NCBI GenBank assembly: GCA_963754315.1
Contig: CAVWFS010000018.1
Span: 1-64,000 of the forward strand
Length of the DNA stretch: 64,000 nucleotides
Direction of reading: 5' to 3'
Source of the DNA: an uncultured Candidatus Rokubacteria bacterium
GTDB taxonomy: Bacteria > Methylomirabilota > Methylomirabilia > Rokubacteriales > CSP1-6
This document shows, piece after piece, positions 59,014 through 64,000 of the stretch. A model generated the notes under the pieces. That model did no database searches, was not told the DNA's origin, and saw only the letters and a list, made by a program, of their open reading frames with translations. Each line of letters starts with the position of its first letter. Position 1 is the stretch's first letter. The translations under genes were made by a program, and so were the position numbers.

Positions 59014-59553
59014 CTATTTGGCAGGCGGTGGGTAAGCCAGGATGAAATTGCCCCGATTGGGCATCTGCACCTGAGGGAGCGTCTGCGCGTTCATCGCTTC
59101 ACCCTCCGCGATGACCCCGTTCAGGTAGAGCAGATAGGCGGTCACCGCGTAAACCTCATCGTTTGTCAACGACTGCGGCTGGTGGTACGGCATCGATCGG
59201 CGGACGTAGTCGAAGACCGTGGTCGCGTACGGCCAGTAGCTGCCGATCGTTCGCACCGGGGTCGGTCCGGCGAGGGTCCCCTGACCACCGACGAGACGAT
59301 CGTTCGGCTGGCCGGCGCCCTTCTCCCCGTGGCACGACTGGCACTTGGCGGCGTAGACCGCAGCTCCAGTCACGGCCGCCCCTCCGCCTGGCGGCAGACC
59401 GTTGCCGTCGGGTGCGATGCTGATGTCCCACCCGGCGATCTCGGAAGGGGTGGCCTCGCGGCCTAGGTTGGGTCCGTCGGCAGCGCGCGCGGGCGAGATC
59501 ACGACCGCGGCGAAGCCGAGGATCGCGAGCGCGGCCCGGCTACGAGTAGACAT
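59014..59553 (-). CDS. Monoheme cytochrome c, SoxD-like partner
   Basis: WDISIAPDGNGLPPG, CQSCH, TIGSYWPYATTVFDYVRRSMP, MPNR. Confidence 0.9.
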   Translation of the reverse strand: MSTRSRAALAILGFAAVVISPARAADGPNLGREATPSEIAGWDISIAPDGNGLPPGGGAAVTGAAVYAAKCQSCHGEKGAGQPNDRLVGGQGTLAGPTPVRTIGSYWPYATTVFDYVRRSMPYHQPQSLTNDEVYAVTAYLLYLNGVIAEGEAMNAQTLPQVQMPNRGNFILAYPPPAK

Positions 59554-60832
59554 TCGTCACCTCGCCGGTTGCGGCGACGTTCCAGGCTTGGATGGCGTTG
59601 TAATGGTAGAGGAACTGCGTGCCCTTGTCGGCCACGAGTTTGTCGCGTGAGGGCTGGACCACGCCGGCTTCGTCGGTGGACCGGCTCTTGAGCACGGCCG
59701 GTCCCCCGTTCCATCGCCACGCCATGCGGAACCGCGTCAGCGCCTTCGACAGAACCGGCTCCTCCAGCATTGCCTGGCCCCAGGTCTGGCCGCCATCGGC
59801 AGAGACCTCCACCTTGGCGATCTTCCCGGACCCCGACCAGGCCAACCCGGAGATCTCGTACAGCCCAGGACCCTTCAGCGCGAGCCCAGGCGAGGGGACG
59901 GTGATGACCGATTTGACCTCCATCGCGTACGTGAACATCAGCGCCTTGCCGCTGGCGAGAAGGTCGGTGTATTTCGACGTCTCGTCCTTGGTCATGGTGG
60001 GCCCGGCCGTGACCTTGATCCGTCGCAGCCACTTGACGCTCATGTTGCCCTCGTAGCCCGGGAGGAACAGGCGCACCGGATAACCGTTCTCCGGGCGCAG
60101 ACGCTCTCCGTTCTGGTAGAAGGCGAGAAGGGCGTCGTCCATTGCCTTCGCCATCGGCACGCTCCGACTCATGGCCGCCGCGTCGGCGCCCTCGGCCAGG
60201 AGCCATTGCGCGCTAGGGTCCGCTCCGGCCTCCGCCAGCACGATGGCCAGGGGCACGCCCGTCCACTCGCTGCACGAGACGAGGCCGTGGATGGCGCCAC
60301 AGGACGCCGCCGGAGGCGCGGGGCTGAGGTTGGGCCGGCTGTTGCCGGAGCATTCGATGAACTGGATGCGCGACACCATCGGATATCGCAGCAGAGCATC
60401 CATGGTGAATACGAGGGGCCGCTTGACCAGGCCATGAATCAACAGCCGGTGGGCACTTGGATCGATGTCCGGCACGCCGCCGTGATGGCGCTCGAAGTGC
60501 AACCCGCTCGGCGTGATGATCCCGTTGAGACGCTCGAGCGGCGTGCGGGAGGCACCGCTGCCGGTCGTGCCCGGCTGGGAGCCGATCCCGGTGCGCTGGA
60601 CCTTGTCCTCATACTTTGCCGGCGCCCCATACCCGCTCATCCCTGCCCCCGGCGCCAGCATCCAGGGTGGTATGCCCGGCGGATCGGCGGCGGCCGCTGA
60701 CCCTGCTGACAACACGGTCAGGCCTCCCGCGCCGATGAGGGCGATGCCCTGCGTCAGAAAGATGCGGCGGTGCAGCAGTCCGTTGCCAGCGACTTCCTCG
60801 AGGGGGACGTTGGGCGTGCTCGAGCTGGGCAT
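59540..60832 (-). CDS. soxC: SoxC-like sulfite/sulfane dehydrogenase, molybdopterin subunit (Tat signal)
   Basis: HRRIFL, ITPSGLHFERHHGG, ECSGN, NGERLRPENGYPVRL, VKWLRRI, TKDETSKYTDL, GLAWSG, YHYNAI. Confidence 0.9.
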   Translation of the reverse strand: MPSSSTPNVPLEEVAGNGLLHRRIFLTQGIALIGAGGLTVLSAGSAAAADPPGIPPWMLAPGAGMSGYGAPAKYEDKVQRTGIGSQPGTTGSGASRTPLERLNGIITPSGLHFERHHGGVPDIDPSAHRLLIHGLVKRPLVFTMDALLRYPMVSRIQFIECSGNSRPNLSPAPPAASCGAIHGLVSCSEWTGVPLAIVLAEAGADPSAQWLLAEGADAAAMSRSVPMAKAMDDALLAFYQNGERLRPENGYPVRLFLPGYEGNMSVKWLRRIKVTAGPTMTKDETSKYTDLLASGKALMFTYAMEVKSVITVPSPGLALKGPGLYEISGLAWSGSGKIAKVEVSADGGQTWGQAMLEEPVLSKALTRFRMAWRWNGGPAVLKSRSTDEAGVVQPSRDKLVADKGTQFLYHYNAIQAWNVAATGEVTNVYS

Positions 60833-60981
60833 GTTGTTCTCCCGTTCTCGGATCCGCGACGACATGAGAACCGGACCGGCCACCCGAGTGGGCGGAACGT
60901 ATCACGCTGGCCAGGCTTCCGCAACTGCGCGCGGTCCGTTCGCGCGCCATCATCGCCTCCGCAGCCCGCACGACACCTCCT

Positions 60982-61731
60982 TCAGCGTGTTGATGCGGAC
61001 GGCGCCGAACGCTCCATGAGCAGGGTCTGTACGTCGTTCAGCACGGTCTGGGGATGGAGGAACGTGGAGCTGTAGATCTCGCGGACGAAGCCCTCGGGGT
61101 CGATCAGGAAGACCTTGAGCACGTGCGAGAGCTCCCGGCGGGGCTTGCCGCTCGACCGGTCGATCGTGTAGCGAATGTCCTGACCAAAGCCCTCGACGAG
61201 AGGCGCCAGCTCCCGGGCCGAGCGGGTGGTCAGGAAGTACCAGGGCGGCCCCGAGCCGTCGCCGCGCAGGCGGCTGCCCGCGTAGCGTCGCATGACCGAG
61301 GGCGGATCACGTAGGGGATCGAAGGAGAGCGTCACGAGCTGGATTTCTGGCATGGGGGGCCTGGCCACGGGTCCCCCCGACCCCCCTGGCGCTCGTCGCG
61401 CCCCGCCGAAGCCGGGGCGCTCCTCGATCGACTGTCTCACCGACTCGAACACGCGGTAGGCAAGGGGGCAGCCGGCCGGATCGACGCATGTGGTGTAGAT
61501 GAAGCCGAGCAGGGTGATGCGGCCGCGCGTGAAGTGAGAGAGACGCCGCGGGCGGCCGTCAAGGTCGAGCACCTCCCCGTCAGGAGCAGCCATGATCCGG
61601 TGCAGCGTGTAGGTGCCGGGCGGCGGCGGGTTGAAGTCGAGCGGGGGAAGCGGCGCGACCTCGTGGCTGGCGGCCGCCGACGCCGCCAGGCACGCGATTA
61701 CCACCGCCACCCCGACCAGGCCAAGCTTCAT
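60982..61731 (-). CDS. SCO1/SenC family copper chaperone containing an in-frame repeat insertion
   Basis: ATG overlaps the mtoX stop (ATGA); FIYTTCVDPAGCP, LVTLSFDP, WYFLT, SHVLKVFLIDPEG. Confidence 0.88.
   Translation of the reverse strand: MKLGLVGVAVVIACLAASAAASHEVAPLPPLDFNPPPPGTYTLHRIMAAPDGEVLDLDGRPRRLSHFTRGRITLLGFIYTTCVDPAGCPLAYRVFESVRQSIEERPGFGGARRAPGGSGGPVARPPMPEIQLVTLSFDPLRDPPSVMRRYAGSRLRGDGSGPPWYFLTTRSARELAPLVEGFGQDIRYTIDRSSGKPRRELSHVLKVFLIDPEGFVREIYSSTFLHPQTVLNDVQTLLMERSAPSASTR
61352..61428 (+). repeat. Double-hairpin dispersed repeat, copy B, inside the SCO coding sequence
   Basis: atggggggcctggccacgggtccccccgacccccctggcgctcgtcgcgccccgccgaagccggggcgctcctcgat; reads IEERPGFGGARRAPGGSGGPVARPPM on the minus strand. 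Confidence 0.8.
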
Positions 61732-63024
61732 TTCGCGCGGAGGGTCTTGGAGCCGAGCTTCATGTGGTGGGCGCGCCCGAGCTTCTCCTGGGTGAAGTCC
61801 ACCTCGAAGACCTGCTTGAGCTCCTTGCCGTCCCAGGTGAAACCGCGCAGGAACTGCTCGTTGTCGGCGCCGCCCTTGTCCCAGTTGGCGAGCAAGGACG
61901 AGGTGATGTACAGCGCGCTTGCCGTCCCAGCTCTGCGAGATCATGTTGACCTGCTTGCCGGTGACCTTCGTGTAGGTCTGCTTCGGCGCCTCCGGGTTAC
62001 TGAGGTCGAAGTAGCGGGTCATCCCGTCCATGAACGTGTTGACCCAGAGCCCCTTGCCGTCGCGGGTGATGCTGATGTCCACGGGCAGCGGGATCTTGGC
62101 GGGGTCGCCGACGGTGGCCACGTCCTTGGCCTGCCACTCGCCCTTGCTGTCGGGCTTGATGAGCCAGAGCTTCGAGGTGAGCGCGGCGGCGGTGATAGCC
62201 CAGTTGTCGCCGGAGTTGAGGGACCAGCGGATCTCCAGCGGCGCACCCGGCACGGCGAAGACCTTCTGGGGCTTCATGGCCTTCAGGTCCCACAGGACCA
62301 TGGTGTTGCCGAAGCGCTTCATGGCCTCCGCGTCCTTGATGAGGTCGCCGAGCGGCCGCATGTAGTTGTCGTAGCCGGTGAAGCTCGAGGTGAGCAGGAC
62401 GTTCTTCTTGGGGTTGACCGCCAGGTCGTAGCCGTAGCCGTCGCCCCCGCCGTCGGTGGGCATGGCGTGGGCGGCGACATACTCGCCCTTGTTGTTGTAG
62501 AGCGCCATGCCGGTCACGCCGCCCTTGTCCTTGGTGTTGGACAGCGCCTGCACGAGCATGCGACCGGGCAGCGCGTAGTAGGTGTGCGGGCCGAGGTAGC
62601 CGGTCTTCTCGGCCATGTTGGTGATGGTGTTCACGAGCTTGGGCTTGGCCGGATCGGTCGCGATGTCGAACACGTAGATCTTGGGCTCGGCCAGGCCGCC
62701 TGCCCAGATGAAACGCCGATCATCGGTGAACCCCATGTGGTGGGCCTCGCCACGGCCGCCGACCGAGACGGATGCGATCACCTTGCCGTAGCTCTTCGAC
62801 TTCGGGTGCACATCGACGGTCACCAGCTTGTCGGAGCCATCGCCGACCCCCTCGACCCCCAGGGCCCAGACGTAGACGTAGTCTTCCTGGCCCGTGATGA
62901 GCTTGGTGATATAGGGCGAGTTGCACGTCTCGTCCGCGCGCGCCGCGCCCACGCTGCCGGCGGATGCCACGATAACTCCCACGACCAAGGAGATCCCGCC
63001 ACGCCAGATGCGCTGAAAGGTCAT
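61728..63024 (-). CDS. mtoX: Methanethiol oxidase (SBP56/SELENBP1 family), frameshift near 61915
   Basis: Signal peptide, ADETCNSPY, DGSDKLVTVD, GGRGEAHHMGFTDDRR, PHTYYALPGR, NMISQSWDGKR; after removing one base LYITSSLLANWDK...LGRAHHMK-stop(61728). Confidence 0.85.
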
Positions 63025-63128
63025 ATCCGTCCCTCCCTGAGCAGGAGATTCTACCCCAGCCTCTTGACAAATTCCGCAGGCGCCACTACTCCCAAGAGGG
63101 CCGAGTCGGGTGGGTTCACGGAGGGGAG

Positions 63129-64000
63129 ATGTCGTTTCTCGATTCGCGTGGGTGCGTCGCCCGTGAGGGTATCGGCAAGCCGGTCCCGCGCAAGGAAGAT
63201 CAGCGGCTGATCACCGGCCGCGGTCGCTTCAGCGACGACGTGAGCCTGTCGGGCCAGGCCTATGCGTGCCTGGTGCGCTCACCGTACGCCCACGCGCGCA
63301 TCCTGGGCATCGATGCGAGCGATGCTCGGAAGGTGCCTGAGGTGATTGCGGTGCTCACCGGCCGCGATGCGCTGGCCGATGATCTCCAGCCGATCCCGCA
63401 CCGTCCCGTGCCGACGAACCCCCACGAGGTCCCGCTCCGGAGCCGCGACGGCTCGGCATTCTTCATCGCGCCGCACCCGCTGCTCCCGGTCGACCGCGCG
63501 CGATTCGTGGGCGAGGCGGTGGCGGTCGTGGTCGCCGAGACACCCGCGGCCGCCCGCGACGCCGCGGAGCGGGTGACGGTCGACTACGACCCCTTGCCGG
63601 TGGTCACCGCCACCGCGGCCGCGGCTTCTGCGACGGCGCCGATCGTCTGGGACGCGGCGGCGTCCAACGTCTGCGTCGACTCGGAAACTGGCGACGGAGC
63701 GGCGGTGGACGCGGCGTTCGCTCGCGCTGCGCACGTGGTCCGGCTGGAGACGCGCATCAACAGGGTGGCCGGTGTCCCGCTGGAGCCGCGGGCGGCCGTC
63801 GCCACCTACGACGACGTGAGCGGTCGCTACACGCTCTACGCGGGCTCGGGCGGCTCCCAGCGCCAGCGCGGAGATCTTGCTGCCGTGCTCGGCGTAGCGG
63901 AGAGCGCTGTGCGTGTCGTGGCCCACGACGTGGGCGGCAACTACGGGACGCGCAACAGCTTCTATCCGGAGTTCGGTCTCGTGGCGTGGGCGGCGAGGCG
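63129..64000 (+). CDS. Xanthine dehydrogenase / CoxL-like molybdopterin-binding subunit, 3' partial
   Basis: GIGKPVPRKEDQRLITGRGRFSDD, VRSPYAHARI, ARFVGEAVAVVVA, PLEPRA, DVGGNYG. Confidence 0.9.
   Translation, partial: MSFLDSRGCVAREGIGKPVPRKEDQRLITGRGRFSDDVSLSGQAYACLVRSPYAHARILGIDASDARKVPEVIAVLTGRDALADDLQPIPHRPVPTNPHEVPLRSRDGSAFFIAPHPLLPVDRARFVGEAVAVVVAETPAAARDAAERVTVDYDPLPVVTATAAAASATAPIVWDAAASNVCVDSETGDGAAVDAAFARAAHVVRLETRINRVAGVPLEPRAAVATYDDVSGRYTLYAGSGGSQRQRGDLAAVLGVAESAVRVVAHDVGGNYGTRNSFYPEFGLVAWAAR

Noticed and set aside
60982..63024. 680-aa MtoX-SCO fusion ORF in the track
   Set aside because: One extra base near 61915 explains it. The true MtoX C-terminus is in another frame and ends at a TGA overlapping the SCO ATG.
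63129..64000. Aerobic CO dehydrogenase (form I CoxL)
   Set aside because: The diagnostic active-site motif lies beyond the window and no coxM/coxS precede it; only a family-level call is supported.

Overview
GC-rich bacterial window. The gene families and protein style suggest a soil Rokubacteria/Methylomirabilota-like genome; this is an inference, as no marker gene is present. It holds about 55 accessory metabolic, transport and signalling genes: four family III CoA-transferases with a thiolase/OB-fold pair, SDRs, an LLM oxidoreductase, hydrolases, ABC and TRAP transporters, WrbA, two cyclase-hydrolase fusions, a DUF222/HNH protein, a HicB/truncated HicA pair, a giant sigma54 activator, a 2-hydroxyacyl-CoA lyase and an mtoX-SCO-soxCD-like sulfur cluster. 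Several genes carry single-base frameshifts, probably long-read errors. No rRNA, tRNA or CRISPR array was seen. Most interesting: (1) A family of small basic peptides with a K-rich leader, a DL/P motif and VKGG, at 1.8-2.55 kb (array) and 37.8 kb. Each locus sits behind a correctly spaced sigma54 -24/-12 promoter with an IHF-like site, and the post-GG cores are unrelated to each other, one resembling a T6SS Hcp motif and one the DUF1559 CxNNLKQIGLA motif. (2) A ~65-77 bp double-hairpin repeat in four copies, one inserted in frame inside the SCO gene. (3) A methanethiol oxidase cluster followed by a SoxCD-like sulfite dehydrogenase, with no MauG in the window.
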